Origin: Alphaproteobacteria bacterium
GTDB taxonomy: Bacteria > Pseudomonadota > Alphaproteobacteria > MPNO01
NCBI GenBank assembly: GCA_964291675.2
Contig: OZ219866.1
Location: forward strand, 416,001 to 480,000
Reading direction: 5' to 3'
Length of the DNA stretch: 64,000 bases
Below are positions 30,321 through 45,045 of the stretch, piece after piece (the stretch's first letter is position 1; every line of letters begins with the position of its first letter). The translations under genes were made by a program, and so were the position numbers. Under the pieces are notes generated by a model. It had not been told where the DNA came from. It saw only the letters and a list, made by a program, of their open reading frames with translations, and searched no databases.

Positions 30321-30530
30321 TCACTCGCGGTCGCCGCGCTCGCTGCGATAGGCGAGCCGCATCAGCCCGATCCCGAGCGCGAGGCTCGCGACCACGCCGA
30401 GCACCATGGCGATCAGCCCCCAGACGCCGATCGGCGCATCGCCCGCCACCCGCCACATCCAGACCGCGGCGACGACCGCCCCCGCCAGCAGCGCGCCGAG
30501 CAGGATGGAGAGCAGCAGGGTGCGGTTCAT
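30321..30530 (-). CDS. Small two-TM membrane protein
   Basis: Two hydrophobic helices ending GLMRLAYRSERG. Confidence 0.65.
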   Translation of the reverse strand: MNRTLLLSILLGALLAGAVVAAVWMWRVAGDAPIGVWGLIAMVLGVVASLALGIGLMRLAYRSERGDRE

Positions 30531-30548
30531 CGCGGTCCCGGGCGCCTC

Positions 30549-31616
30549 TCAGGCGATCAGCGCGTTGCCGGCGAAGCGCTCGCGCCAGCGCGGCAGCACG
30601 TCGGGGTTGAACACGTTGTCCGGCACCTCGCCCCTGAGCGCGGCGAGCACCGCCTCGGCCGCCCACTGGATGCCGGGGCCGAGCCCGCCGCCATGGTTGT
30701 GCGAGATCATGTGCGGCGACAGCAGCACCTCGTTCCCCATGTCGAGCAGCCTGGAGTTGCGGTCCATCGGCTCGTCGAGAAACACGTCGAGCGCGGCGCC
30801 GGCGATCTCGCCCGCCGCGATGGCATCGGCCAGCGCCGCCTCGTCCATCGTGCCGCCGCGCGAGGTGTTGACGAACAGCGCCGTCCGCTTCATCGCCCGG
30901 AACTGGGCCGCGCCCATCATGCGGCGCGAGGTCGGATTGAGCGTCGGGTGCAGCGAGACGATGTCGGAATCGGCGAGCAAGGTGTCGAGATCGACCCGTT
31001 CGACCCCGTACTCGGCGAATTTCTCTTCCTCCACGAAGGGGTCGCAGACGATCAGCCGGACATGCCAGGGCTTGAGCAGCTCCACCATGCGCCCGCCGAT
31101 GCGCCCGAAGCCGACAATGCCCACGGTGAGCCCGGCATAGCCGTCCTCGTCGCGGCGGCCGAGATAGGTGCCGATCAGCGAGTCGTGCTTCCAGCCGCCG
31201 GCCTTGACGTGGGCGTCCTTCTCCCGGTTGCGCTTGAGCATGGTGAGGATCATCGCCATCGCGCCCTCGGCGACGCCGCCCCAGTTGGCCTGGGTGGGGG
31301 CGTGGGTCACCAGCACGCCGAGATCGGTGGCCGCATCGACGTCGATGTCGTCGGTGCCGACGGTGCACTTGGCGATGATGCGGAGCCGCTGCGCGCCCTC
31401 GATGATGCGCCGGTTGACCGGTGCGCTGCGGATCGAGGTGCCGGTCATGGCGACCGCTTCCGCGGCGCTGGCCGCCATGTCGTCCTCATAGACGCAGCCC
31501 GGGACATGCCATGCCTCGTCGCCGAATGTGAGCCGGCAGCCCGCCTCTTCCATCCGGCGGTTGCTGCGCCCCTCCAGATCGGCGTTGGCGAAGACGAAGA
31601 CGGTGGGCTCGGACAT
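30549..31616 (-). CDS. D-isomer-specific 2-hydroxyacid dehydrogenase
   Basis: GIVGFGRIG, VNTSRG, ALDVF..EP, SPH. Confidence 0.92.
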   Translation of the reverse strand: MSEPTVFVFANADLEGRSNRRMEEAGCRLTFGDEAWHVPGCVYEDDMAASAAEAVAMTGTSIRSAPVNRRIIEGAQRLRIIAKCTVGTDDIDVDAATDLGVLVTHAPTQANWGGVAEGAMAMILTMLKRNREKDAHVKAGGWKHDSLIGTYLGRRDEDGYAGLTVGIVGFGRIGGRMVELLKPWHVRLIVCDPFVEEEKFAEYGVERVDLDTLLADSDIVSLHPTLNPTSRRMMGAAQFRAMKRTALFVNTSRGGTMDEAALADAIAAGEIAGAALDVFLDEPMDRNSRLLDMGNEVLLSPHMISHNHGGGLGPGIQWAAEAVLAALRGEVPDNVFNPDVLPRWRERFAGNALIA

Positions 31617-31661
31617 GGCGGGCTCCCCGGGGTTGGGTGTGGCGCGATATATAGACCGCGA

Positions 31662-32525
31662 TCAGTCGAACAGGAACCGGAACGCGCCGTTCTCCCGCCG
31701 CAGCCGGCAGGGCTCGAAATGCGCCGGCAGCAGGAGCGTGTCGCGCTCGGCGGCCCGCTCGAAGAGCGCGCGGCGGGTGGCGGCGGCGGTCGGCCGGTGT
31801 TCGCAGGCGCGGCTGTTCCAGCCCGGGTGGCGCGCCTGGATCGGGTGATGGAACACGTCGGCGGCGATCAGCCCCTCCTCGCCCTCGGAGCAGATCCGGA
31901 TATTGACCTGGCCCGGGGTGTGGCCGGGCGCGGGCTCGAAGCGTATGCCGTCCTCGACGACGTGATCCGCGGCCACGAGATCGGCGAGCCCGGCATCGAG
32001 AACCGGCTTCACGCTGTCCTCGTAGACGTTGACGTACTGCCCGTCGCCGCCCGCGTGCTTGGCCTCCAGCGAGTCGAGGTCGGCGGCGGTGAACACGTAG
32101 CGCGCGTTGGGGAAGGTGGGCTCCCAGCGCCCGTCCACGAGGCACGTGTTCCAGCCGACATGGTCGACATGGAGGTGGGTGATCAACACGAGGTCGATGT
32201 CGTCGGGCGCGTAGCCCGCCGCCGCCAGGTTCTCCAGCCAGGGCCACTGGCCGTCCGTCCAGTAATCCCGCCGGCGCCCCGGCTTGTCGTTGCCGACGCA
32301 GGTGTCGATCAGGATGGTGCGTTCGCCCGCGCGGAACACGTAGCTCTGCATGCAGGATTCGAGCAGCCAGCGCGCCTCGTCGAAGAAGCGCGGCATCAGC
32401 CAGCCCCGCTCGCGCTCGAAATCGCCGGGCGTGGAATCCGGGTACATCGCCCCGGGATCGAAGATCGGCGTGTCGTCCTCGAGCACCCGGGCGAGCTCCA
32501 GCCTGCCGATGGTCACCGTCGCCAT
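31662..32525 (-). CDS. MBL-fold metallo-hydrolase
   Basis: THLHVDHVGWN, PGHTPG, PAHF. Confidence 0.92.
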   Translation of the reverse strand: MATVTIGRLELARVLEDDTPIFDPGAMYPDSTPGDFERERGWLMPRFFDEARWLLESCMQSYVFRAGERTILIDTCVGNDKPGRRRDYWTDGQWPWLENLAAAGYAPDDIDLVLITHLHVDHVGWNTCLVDGRWEPTFPNARYVFTAADLDSLEAKHAGGDGQYVNVYEDSVKPVLDAGLADLVAADHVVEDGIRFEPAPGHTPGQVNIRICSEGEEGLIAADVFHHPIQARHPGWNSRACEHRPTAAATRRALFERAAERDTLLLPAHFEPCRLRRENGAFRFLFD

Positions 32526-32555
32526 TGCATCCTCCGACCGAGCCTTCCCCCAAGT

Positions 32556-32667
32556 CGTCTTGGCCGGCCCCCGGATCAAGTCCGGGGGTGATCCGGGCAT
32601 CTCTCTCCGCAAGTCCAGCCTGTCGCCCGGAAGCCGCTTCATCGCCGGAGCAAGTCGGGCCATGACG
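32556..32667. repeat. REP family B degenerate inverted pair
   Basis: CGTCTTGGCCGG...GATCCGGGCATC and CAAGTCGGGCCATGACG. Confidence 0.65.
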
Positions 32668-32718
32668 CGGCGGGGGCGCCGCGCAAATGGATAGAAACTT
32701 GGGGAGTACGACACTAGC

Positions 32719-33579
32719 ATGGGATTTTACGATCGCGCGAACGGCAAGACGATGTCTCACCCTTGCGCCGCGCCGCATGCGGTCACCGCGGCCGAGTTCG
32801 ACTGCGAGGTGATCCGCAACGATGCGGTCAACGCCGAGTACATGCATATCGTGGCGACCGCCGAGCCGCTCGCGACATCGATCCGGGCCGGCCAGTTCTT
32901 CCACATGCTGTGTCCGAAGGGCGGGGCGAACGCCCCGTTCTTCCGCCGCCCGATGAGCGTCTACCGGGCCGACCCGGAGCACGGCACGGTCGCCTTCCTC
33001 TACAAGGTGACCGGCAGCGGGACGCGGGCGCTGGCGACGCTGGCGCCGGGCGACCGGCTCGACTTGTTCGGGCCGCTCGGCGTCGGCTTCGCGCTGGAGC
33101 CCGGGTGGCGGCGCATCGTGGTGGTCGGGCGCGGGGTGGGGCTTGCGACGCTCGCCCCGCTGGCCGAGCTCGCGGCGGCGAGCGGGGTGGGCGTGACGGC
33201 GGTCCTGAGCGCGCGCTCGCCGGCGGTGATGATGTCGGCCGACCGCTTCCAGGCGATCGGCGCCGAGACGATCGAGGTCACCGACGCCGAGGGGACCAGC
33301 GGCCCCGCCCGGCTGGAGCGCACCCTGCGCGGGCTGATCGCGGAAGGCCGGGCGGATGCGTTCTTCACCTGCGGCTCCAACCGGCTGCTGCTGCTGCTCC
33401 AGCGCCTCGGGCGCGAGTTCTCCATCCCCGGCCAGGTCGCGCTGGAGCAGCAGATGGCCTGCGGGCTCGGCATGTGCTTCTGTTGCGTGCGCGAGTTCCG
33501 CGTGGGCGACGGCGTCGCCCACCGCCGGGTGTGCTGGGACGGTCCGGTGTTCGACCTTCAGGAGGCGATCTCTTGGTAG
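32719..33579 (+). CDS. pyrK: Dihydroorotate dehydrogenase electron transfer subunit
   Basis: RRPMS, GPLG.GF, MACGLGMCFCC...VCWDGPVF [2Fe-2S] motif. Confidence 0.92.
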   Translation: MGFYDRANGKTMSHPCAAPHAVTAAEFDCEVIRNDAVNAEYMHIVATAEPLATSIRAGQFFHMLCPKGGANAPFFRRPMSVYRADPEHGTVAFLYKVTGSGTRALATLAPGDRLDLFGPLGVGFALEPGWRRIVVVGRGVGLATLAPLAELAAASGVGVTAVLSARSPAVMMSADRFQAIGAETIEVTDAEGTSGPARLERTLRGLIAEGRADAFFTCGSNRLLLLLQRLGREFSIPGQVALEQQMACGLGMCFCCVREFRVGDGVAHRRVCWDGPVFDLQEAISW

Positions 33580-34520
33580 ACATGCGCGTCGAGATCGGCG
33601 GGGTGGCGATGGCCAACCCGGTAATGCCGGCCTCCGGAACCTTCGCCGACGGGCTCGACAAGGCGGTCGATTTCGAACGCCTGGGGGCCATGGTGATCAA
33701 GACCATCACCCGCGAGCTCCGGGTCGGCAACGCGCTGCCCCGGGTCTGCGAGACGCCGGAGGGGATGCTGAACTCGATCGGCATCCCGTCCAAGGGGATG
33801 GACTATTTCCACGCCGAGACCCTGCCGCTCTATGCGCGCTACTCGACGCCGCTGGTGGTCAGCATCTCGGCGCCGACGGTGGCCGGCTTCGCCAGCCTCG
33901 CCGAAGAGGTGAGCCTGCCGGGCGTCGCCGCGATCGAGATCAACATCTCGTGCCCCAACCTGGAAGCCGACGGCCAGGCCTTCGCCAACTACACCGAGTC
34001 CACCGAGCGCGCCGTCGCGGCGATCCGCCGGCGCACCTCGCTGCCGCTCTGGGCCAAGCTCTCGCCCAACGTCACCGACGTCGCCGAGATCGGCCGCGCG
34101 GCGGAGGCCGCCGGCGCCGACGCGCTGGTGGTCGCCAACACCTTCCTCGCCATGGCGGTCGACATCGAGAGCCAGCGTCCCAGGCTCGGCAGCGTCACCG
34201 GCGGGTTGTCCGGCCCCGCGATCCGGCCCATCGTGGTCCGCATGACCTATCAATGCGCGCGCGCGGTCGACATCCCGGTGATCGGCTGCGGCGGGATCGC
34301 GACGGCGGACGACGCGATCGAGTACATGCTGGCCGGCGCCAGCGCGGTCCAGGTGGGAACCGTCACCTTCCTCCACCCGACGGCGATGATCTCGGTCCTC
34401 GACGGCATCGAGGATTACTGCCTGCGGCGCGGCTATGCGCGCGTGACCGACCTCGTGGGCGCGCTCTCGGTCGAGGAGGCGGACGAGACCGACATGGAAT
34501 GGGTCGACCCGCTGCGATGA
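33573..34520 (+). CDS. pyrD: Dihydroorotate dehydrogenase family 1B catalytic subunit
   Basis: PASGTF, NSIG, NISCPN catalytic Cys, KLSPN, GGLSGPAI; TTG start 7 nt after GGAGG. Confidence 0.93.
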   Translation: MVDMRVEIGGVAMANPVMPASGTFADGLDKAVDFERLGAMVIKTITRELRVGNALPRVCETPEGMLNSIGIPSKGMDYFHAETLPLYARYSTPLVVSISAPTVAGFASLAEEVSLPGVAAIEINISCPNLEADGQAFANYTESTERAVAAIRRRTSLPLWAKLSPNVTDVAEIGRAAEAAGADALVVANTFLAMAVDIESQRPRLGSVTGGLSGPAIRPIVVRMTYQCARAVDIPVIGCGGIATADDAIEYMLAGASAVQVGTVTFLHPTAMISVLDGIEDYCLRRGYARVTDLVGALSVEEADETDMEWVDPLR

Positions 34521-35794
34521 GCGAAACCGCCCTCCAGCCCGCCCGGGAAGAGCTGCGCACGCTCGCCGTCGAGACCTTCGACACGCTGCGCCGGGCCACC
34601 GCCGCCAGGCAGGGCGTGTCGCGCGAGAGCTTCGGCGCGGGCGAGAACGCGGCGCTTGAGATCCTGGTCGACCTCGCCCGCCGGTTCGGGCTCGAGACCG
34701 GCACCGACCGGGCCGCAAACCTGCTGATCTCGCTGCCCGGACAGGCGCGGGCGACGCCCTATATCGCCTGCGGATCGCACATGGATTCGGTGCCGGAGGG
34801 GGGCAATTTCGACGGCGCCGCCGGGGTGGTCGCGGGGCTGCTGGCGCTGGTGCGCGCGCGGATGGAGGACGCAAGGCCGAGACACCCGGTCCGGGTGATC
34901 GCGCTGCGCGGCGAGGAGAGCGCCTGGTACGGCAAGGCCTGCGTCGGGTCGAGCGCGCTGTTCGGCCGGCTGCAGAAGGCCGACCTCGCCTCGGTCCACC
35001 GCGACGGGACGGGCACGCTGGGCGAGGCGATGAAACGCGAAGGCGCCGCGGTCGAGGCGATCGAGGCGGGCACGCCGCTGGTCGACCCGGCCGACATCGC
35101 GGGCTATGTCGAGCTGCACATCGAGCAGGGTCCGATCCTGGTCGCCGACAGCCTGCCGACCGCCGTGGTGACCTCGATCCGCGGCAATCTGCGCCACCGC
35201 CGCATCCGCTGCATCGGCGAGGCGGGACATTCGGGCGCGGTGCCGCGCGGGCTCAGGAACGATCCGGTCATGGCCGCCGCCGCGCTGATCCATGCGCTCG
35301 ACAACCACTGGCGGGACTGGCTGGAGCGGGGGCACGACATCGTGGTGACCACCGGCATCGTCGAGACCGACGCCCGGTCGCATTCGGTCTCGCGCATCGC
35401 CGGCGAGGTCGATTTCAGCTTCGAGGTGCGCAGCGAGGACCGGGCGACGCTGGAGGGGTTCTACGAGCTCATGCGGGGCGAGTGCGACCGGATCGCCGAC
35501 GAGCGCCGGGTGATGTTCAACTTCGACCGCAGGGTCGACGCCCCGCCCGCGGTGATGGACCGGCGCTGGGTCGACAAGCTGCTGGCGCATGCCCGCGCGC
35601 TGTCGCTACCCGAACGCACGATTTTGAGCGGCGCCGGCCACGACGCGGCGCTGTTCGCCGCGGCCGGAATCCCGTCGGCGATGATCTTCATCCGGAACCA
35701 CAACGGCTCGCACAACCCGAACGAGGCGATGGACATCGACGACTTCCTCAAGGGCGCCGACCTGCTCTACCGCGCGCTGATCGACCCGCCGTGA
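34517..35794 (+). CDS. M20 hydantoinase/carbamoylase-family amidohydrolase
   Basis: [40 protein letters not shown]. Confidence 0.92.
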   Translation: MSETALQPAREELRTLAVETFDTLRRATAARQGVSRESFGAGENAALEILVDLARRFGLETGTDRAANLLISLPGQARATPYIACGSHMDSVPEGGNFDGAAGVVAGLLALVRARMEDARPRHPVRVIALRGEESAWYGKACVGSSALFGRLQKADLASVHRDGTGTLGEAMKREGAAVEAIEAGTPLVDPADIAGYVELHIEQGPILVADSLPTAVVTSIRGNLRHRRIRCIGEAGHSGAVPRGLRNDPVMAAAALIHALDNHWRDWLERGHDIVVTTGIVETDARSHSVSRIAGEVDFSFEVRSEDRATLEGFYELMRGECDRIADERRVMFNFDRRVDAPPAVMDRRWVDKLLAHARALSLPERTILSGAGHDAALFAAAGIPSAMIFIRNHNGSHNPNEAMDIDDFLKGADLLYRALIDPP

Positions 35795-36846
35795 CGGGCG
35801 AGCGCATCGAGATCGCGCGGCCGGACGACTGGCACCTCCATCTCCGCGACGGCGCGATGCTGCACACCATCGTCGGCTTCTCGGCGGCGGTGTTCGGCCG
35901 CGCCATCGTGATGCCCAACCTGGTGCCGCCGGTGCGCGTCCCGGAGGAGGCCGAGGCCTATCGCGCGCGTATCCGGGCGGCGCTCCCCGACGGCCATCCG
36001 TTCGAGCCGCTGATGACCGCCTACATGACCGACAGCGCCGATCCGGCGGATATCCGGGCCGGGTTCGAGAGCGGCATCTTCCACGCCGTCAAGCTCTACC
36101 CGGCCGGCGCCACCACCAACTCCGAGATGGGGGTGACGCGCATGGCGGCGATCCGCCCGGTGCTGGCGGAGATGGAGAAGATCGGCATGCCGCTCCTGGT
36201 CCATGGCGAGGTCGCCGATCCCGAGGTCGACGTGTTCGACCGCGAGGCGGTCTATATCGAGCGCGTGCTCGAGCCGATGCGGCGCGGCTTCCCGGGGCTC
36301 AGGGTGGTGCTGGAACACGTGACCACGGTCGATGCCGTCGAATACGTGCGCGCCGCCGAGAGCGGGCTCGCGGCCACGATCACCCCGCATCACCTGATGA
36401 TCAACCGCAACGCCATCTTCCGCGGCGGGCTCCGCCCGCACATGTATTGCCTCCCCGTCGCCAAGCGCGAGCGGCACCGCCTGGCGCTGCGCGCGGCCGC
36501 GGTCTCGGGCGATTCGCGGTTCTTCCTCGGCAGCGATTCCGCCCCCCATCCGCGGCGCGACAAGGAGGCCGATTGCGGCTGCGCGGGAATCTTCAACGCG
36601 CCCAACGCGCTGCAATGCGTGGCGCAGGTCTTCGACGAGGAGGGCGCGCTCGACCGGCTCGAAGGTTTCGTGTCCCGCGCGGGCGCGGAATTTTACGGAA
36701 TGGCGCCGAATTCCGACCGCATCGTCCTCGAAAAGGGGGTAGTTTCCGAGGCGCCCCGGGAGCGGGTGGGGGTCGCGGACCACGCGATCAGGGTGTTCGA
36801 CCCCGGCACGCCGGTCTTTTGGCGGATCGTCTCCGGCCTCCGGTGA
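35791..36846 (+). CDS. pyrC: Dihydroorotase (E. coli type)
   Basis: [34 protein letters not shown]. Confidence 0.96.
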   Translation: MTGERIEIARPDDWHLHLRDGAMLHTIVGFSAAVFGRAIVMPNLVPPVRVPEEAEAYRARIRAALPDGHPFEPLMTAYMTDSADPADIRAGFESGIFHAVKLYPAGATTNSEMGVTRMAAIRPVLAEMEKIGMPLLVHGEVADPEVDVFDREAVYIERVLEPMRRGFPGLRVVLEHVTTVDAVEYVRAAESGLAATITPHHLMINRNAIFRGGLRPHMYCLPVAKRERHRLALRAAAVSGDSRFFLGSDSAPHPRRDKEADCGCAGIFNAPNALQCVAQVFDEEGALDRLEGFVSRAGAEFYGMAPNSDRIVLEKGVVSEAPRERVGVADHAIRVFDPGTPVFWRIVSGLR

Positions 36847-36881
36847 GCCAGCCGGGCGCGTGCGACAGAGCGGAGGGACAG

Positions 36882-37577
36882 ATGCTGCCGACGGCGTTCC
36901 CGGACGAGGCGCAGGTCGCCGAGATGACGGCGCGGATGCTGATCGAGGTCGAGGCGGTACGCTTCCGCGCCGAGGACCCCTACCGCTTCACCTCGGGCTG
37001 GGCGAGCCCGGTCTATATCGACTGCCGGCGGCTGATCTCGTTCCCGCGGGTGCGCCAGACGCTGATGGATTTCGCCGCCTCGGCGATCGTCCGCGAGGTC
37101 GGGTTCGAGACCATCGACGCCGTCGCCGGGGGCGAGACCGCCGGCATCCCCTTCGCCGCCTGGATCGCCGACCGGCTGATGCTGCCCATGCAGTATGTCC
37201 GCAAGCAGGCCAAGGGGTTCGGCCGGGACGCCCAGATCGAGGGCGATTTCGAGGCCGGCTCCCGCGTGATCCTGGTCGAGGACCTGACCACCGACGGGCA
37301 GAGCAAGATCCGCTTCTGCCAGGCGCTGCGCGAGGCGGGCGCCATGGTCAATCACACCTTCGTGATCTTCCACTACGACATCTTCCCGCAGACCCACGAG
37401 CTGCTGGAGCGGATGGACATGAAGATGCTCTCGCTCGCCACCTGGTGGGACGTGCTCGCGGTGTGCAAGAAGCACGCCTATTTCGACGCCGCCACGCTGG
37501 ACGAGGTCGAGAGCTTCATGAACGACCCGGTCGCCTGGTCCGCCGCGCATGGCGGCGCCTCGGAGCTCGCGGGCTGA
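36882..37577 (+). CDS. pyrE: Orotate phosphoribosyltransferase
   Basis: [32 protein letters not shown]. Confidence 0.93.
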   Translation: MLPTAFPDEAQVAEMTARMLIEVEAVRFRAEDPYRFTSGWASPVYIDCRRLISFPRVRQTLMDFAASAIVREVGFETIDAVAGGETAGIPFAAWIADRLMLPMQYVRKQAKGFGRDAQIEGDFEAGSRVILVEDLTTDGQSKIRFCQALREAGAMVNHTFVIFHYDIFPQTHELLERMDMKMLSLATWWDVLAVCKKHAYFDAATLDEVESFMNDPVAWSAAHGGASELAG

Positions 37578-37767
37578 CCCGCCGAACGATGCGGGCCGAA
37601 TAACGCTGCCTTTCCTGTATTCAGCCGGCGACAAGCTCTGTAAATTGCCCCGGATTGAGGATGCCCGCACCGCCCGGGACGGCTCGGCTGCGCCCTGGGG
37701 GGATTCGCGTTTGCGCGGAGGCGCGGAAATCTCTCATTATGCGCCAGTCCCAGGAGGGAGACCGAAG

Positions 37768-38796
37768 ATGACAGGGAAAATCAGGCCGCTCGCGCTCGCG
37801 GCGGCGGTATCGGCGGCGGTGGTGCTCGGCAGCGTCAGCGCCCAGGCGGCGACCAAGATCCGGCTCACGCTCGACTGGATTCCGCAGTCGACGCACGGGC
37901 TGATCTTCATCGCCCAGTACGAGGGCTACTACAAGGCCGAAGGCCTCGACGTGAAGATCGACGAAGGCCGCGGCTCGGCCGACGCGGTCAAGAAGCTGGT
38001 CAGCGGCACCCACGATATCGGCCTCGCCGACATCAACGCCTTGATCCAATACAACGCCAAGAACAAGGGCGCCGAGATCAAGAGCGTCATGATGATGTAC
38101 GAGCAGCCGCCCTTCTCCATCTTCGTCTTGAAGAAGTCGGGCATCACCCATCCCAAGCAGCTCGTCGGCAAGACGCTGGGCGCGCCGGTGTTCGATGCCA
38201 GCTACAAGCTGTTCCCGGCCTTCGCCAAGGCGATCGGCATCGACCCGAACGCGGTGAAGAAGAAGAACATGGACCCGCGCCTGCGCGAGCCGATGCTCAT
38301 CCGGGGCGAGGTCGACGCGATCTCGGGGCACGTGTTCTCCTCGATGCTCAACCTCAAGGCGGCCGGCGTCAAGGAAGAGGACGTCACCTTCTTCATGTAC
38401 GGCGACCACGGCATGGAGTCCTATGCCAACGGCGTTGCCGTGCGCCCCGACTTCATCGCCAAGAACGCGGACGCGGTGCGCGGCTTCGTGCGGGCGACGA
38501 TCAAGGCGACCCGCGACATGGTGCAGAAGCCCCAGCTCGCGCTCGATTCGGCCAAGAAGTTCTCGCCACTGCTCGTCGAGTCGGTCGAGGCCGACCGGCT
38601 GCGGCTCGGCATCAAGTGCTGCGTGCTGACGCCGAACGTGCGCAAGAACGGCTATGGCGGCATCGACATGGCCCGGCTGCAGCGCTCGATCGACCAGGCG
38701 GCGGACGCCTACGGCATCAAGGAGCCGCCGAAGGCCGCCGACATGTGGCTCGACGGCTTCCTGCCGCCGCAGTCCGAACGCTTCATCCACAAATAG
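37768..38796 (+). CDS. NMT1/THI5-like ABC substrate-binding protein
   Basis: Signal peptide, LTLDW, GYYKAEGLDV, GRGS. Confidence 0.9.
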   Translation: MTGKIRPLALAAAVSAAVVLGSVSAQAATKIRLTLDWIPQSTHGLIFIAQYEGYYKAEGLDVKIDEGRGSADAVKKLVSGTHDIGLADINALIQYNAKNKGAEIKSVMMMYEQPPFSIFVLKKSGITHPKQLVGKTLGAPVFDASYKLFPAFAKAIGIDPNAVKKKNMDPRLREPMLIRGEVDAISGHVFSSMLNLKAAGVKEEDVTFFMYGDHGMESYANGVAVRPDFIAKNADAVRGFVRATIKATRDMVQKPQLALDSAKKFSPLLVESVEADRLRLGIKCCVLTPNVRKNGYGGIDMARLQRSIDQAADAYGIKEPPKAADMWLDGFLPPQSERFIHK

Positions 38797-38803
38797 GGTG
38801 CCC

Positions 38804-38826
38804 GGGGCGGGCCGCGTGCCCGCCCC
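38804..38826 (+). other. Intercistronic hairpin after the SBP gene
   Basis: GGGGCGGG-CCGCGTG-CCCGCCCC. Confidence 0.5.
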
Positions 38827-38849
38827 CACCCCTTCCTTCGAGACCGTCG

Positions 38850-39656
38850 ATGGCATTCATCGAGATCGACGAGATCGACCTCACCTACCGCAACAGCGCG
38901 GGCGACGAGGACGATGCCGGCACGCTGGCGCTGCAAGGCGCCAGCCTGACCATGGAACGCGGCGATTTCATCTCGCTGGTCGGGCCGAGCGGCTGCGGCA
39001 AGTCGACCCTGCTCAAGGTGGTCGCCGGGCTGATCCGGGCCAATAAGGGGCGGGTATCGGTCGCCGGCCAGGTGGTCGACCAGCCGCTCAAGATCGTCGG
39101 CATGGCGTTCCAGAACGCGACCCTGCTGCCGTGGCGCTCGACGCGCGAGAACGTGCTGCTGCCGATGGAGATCGTCGAGCCGCATCGGAAGCAGTTCCGC
39201 AGGGAGAAGGCGAAATACGAGGCCATCGCGGACGAGCTGCTGGCCACCGTCGGTCTCGACGGGTTCGGCGACCGGGCGCCCTGGCAGCTCTCGGGCGGGA
39301 TGCAGCAGCGCGCCCAGCTATGCCGCGCCCTGGTGCACGAGCCCGACCTGCTGCTGCTCGACGAGCCGTTCGGCGCGCTGGATGCGTTCACCCGCGAAGA
39401 GCTCTGGGACGTGCTCCAGGCGCTCTACATGAACCGGAAATGCACGGTGATGCTGGTCACCCACGATCTGCGCGAGGCGGTCTACCTGGCCGACAAGGTC
39501 TACGTGATGAGCGCGAGGCCGGGCCGGGTGATCCTCGAGCGCGACATCGAGATCGAACGGCCGCGCAAGCTGGAGCACATGTACCAGCGCGAGACCGTCG
39601 AGCTGGTCCAGGAGCTGCGCCACCACATCAACATCGCGAGAACCGACGATGAGTAG
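38850..39656 (+). CDS. NitT/TauT-family ABC ATP-binding protein
   Basis: GPSGCGKST, LSGGMQQR, LLLDEPF. Confidence 0.94.
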   Translation: MAFIEIDEIDLTYRNSAGDEDDAGTLALQGASLTMERGDFISLVGPSGCGKSTLLKVVAGLIRANKGRVSVAGQVVDQPLKIVGMAFQNATLLPWRSTRENVLLPMEIVEPHRKQFRREKAKYEAIADELLATVGLDGFGDRAPWQLSGGMQQRAQLCRALVHEPDLLLLDEPFGALDAFTREELWDVLQALYMNRKCTVMLVTHDLREAVYLADKVYVMSARPGRVILERDIEIERPRKLEHMYQRETVELVQELRHHINIARTDDE

Positions 39657-40431
39657 GAAAACCCTCGAGATTCTGTCGCCGTGGATCGTCACGCTGATCG
39701 TCATCGTCATCTGGGAGGTCGGCGTGCGCGCGTTCGACGTGCCCGCGGTGGTGCTGCCGACCGCGAGCGCGTCGTTCTACGCGATATGGGAGTGGCGCGA
39801 GGGGCTGTGGCACAACGCGATCCCGACGCTGGTGGCGACGCTGCTGGGGTTCGGCATCGCGGTCGTGTTCGGCATCGTGATGGGGGTCTTCATCGGCATC
39901 TCCAAGCCGGTCTATGCCGCGCTCTACCCGCTGCTGGTCGCCTTCAACAGCATCCCCAAGGTAGCCATCGTGCCGATCCTGATGGTGTGGTTCGGGATCG
40001 GGCTGACCACGGCGACGATCACCGCCTTCATCCTCTGCTTCTTCCCGATCGTGGTGAACGTCGCGGTCGCGCTGGCGACCATCGAGCCGGAGCTGCGCGA
40101 CGTCTTGCGCGCGCTCGGCGCGCATGAGCGCGACATCGTCATCAAGGTCGGGATCCCGCGCTCCCTCCCCTATCTGTTCGCCTCGCTCAAGATCGCGATC
40201 ACGCTGGCCTTCGTCGGCGCGGTGATCGCCGAGACCGTGGCGGGCGGCGACGGGATCGGCCATCTGATGCTGGTCGCCAGCTCGAACTTCAACATGGCGC
40301 TGATGATCGCCGGGCTGATCGTGATCGCCGCCATGGCGATCGGCATGTACGCGATCTTCGCGGTGCTCGACCGGCGCTTCACCGGCTGGGCGACGCGCGG
40401 CGACATCCAGTACGCCACGGCGGGCGGCTAG
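39649..40431 (+). CDS. NitT/TauT-family ABC permease
   Basis: PKVAIVPILMVWFG, TM segments. Confidence 0.93.
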   Translation: MSRKTLEILSPWIVTLIVIVIWEVGVRAFDVPAVVLPTASASFYAIWEWREGLWHNAIPTLVATLLGFGIAVVFGIVMGVFIGISKPVYAALYPLLVAFNSIPKVAIVPILMVWFGIGLTTATITAFILCFFPIVVNVAVALATIEPELRDVLRALGAHERDIVIKVGIPRSLPYLFASLKIAITLAFVGAVIAETVAGGDGIGHLMLVASSNFNMALMIAGLIVIAAMAIGMYAIFAVLDRRFTGWATRGDIQYATAGG

Positions 40432-40569
40432 CCGCCGGCTTGCAACGGATCAAGCGGTGTGATACCAAGCCCTGCCTTCGAGAACCGGGCTCCGAACCGG
40501 GCGTCGCGATAGCCGAAATCGCGCTGTATTTCAAAGAGTTGCCGCCGATACGGTCAGGGTTGGAAAGAC

Positions 40570-41129
40570 GTGTCCGCAACGCCGATTGACGTGTCCGGCC
40601 TGCCCGGGCGCTATGCCAATGCGCTGTTCGAGCTGGCGGACGAACGGGGCGCTCTCGATCCGGTGATGGACGATCTGGCGACGCTGCGATCGATGATCCG
40701 CGAGGCGCCGGAGTTCGCGCTTGTGCTCACCAGCCCGGTGATCGGCCGCGACGAGCAGGCGGCGGCGGTCGACGCGGTGATGGAGCGCGCCGGGATCGGC
40801 GAGCTCGCGCGCCGCTTCGTCAACGTGGTCGCGCGCAACCGCAGGCTGTTCGCGCTGCCCGGGATGATCGAAATCTACCGGGCGCTGCTGGCCGCCCGCC
40901 GCGGCGAGATCGCCGCCGAGGTGATTTCGGCCGCGCCGCTGAGCGAGGCCCAGCGGGCGGCGCTGGAGACGGCGCTGACGCGCTCGGTCGGCGCCAATGT
41001 CTCGATCGATCTCAGGGTCGATCCCGCCATCCTCGGCGGGCTGGTCGTGAAGGTCGGCTCGCGCATGGTCGATTCCTCGCTCAGGACCAAGCTGGACAAG
41101 CTGCAGATATCGATGAAAGGGGCCGCGTG

Positions 41130-41130
<1 letters not shown>
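40570..41130 (+). CDS. atpH: ATP synthase delta subunit
   Basis: [27 protein letters not shown]. Confidence 0.96.
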
Positions 41131-45030
<3,900 letters not shown>

Positions 45031-45045
45031 GCGGGTATCGCGGAA

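Noticed and set aside
32719-36846. Standard reductive uracil pathway (preTA/pydABC)
   Set aside because: The subunits are PyrK/PyrD-1B type and the ring-opening enzyme is an E. coli-type dihydroorotase, not a dihydropyrimidinase
38835-38846. CCTTCGAGA fragments here and near 40475 as REP family A copies
   Set aside because: Too short to distinguish from chance
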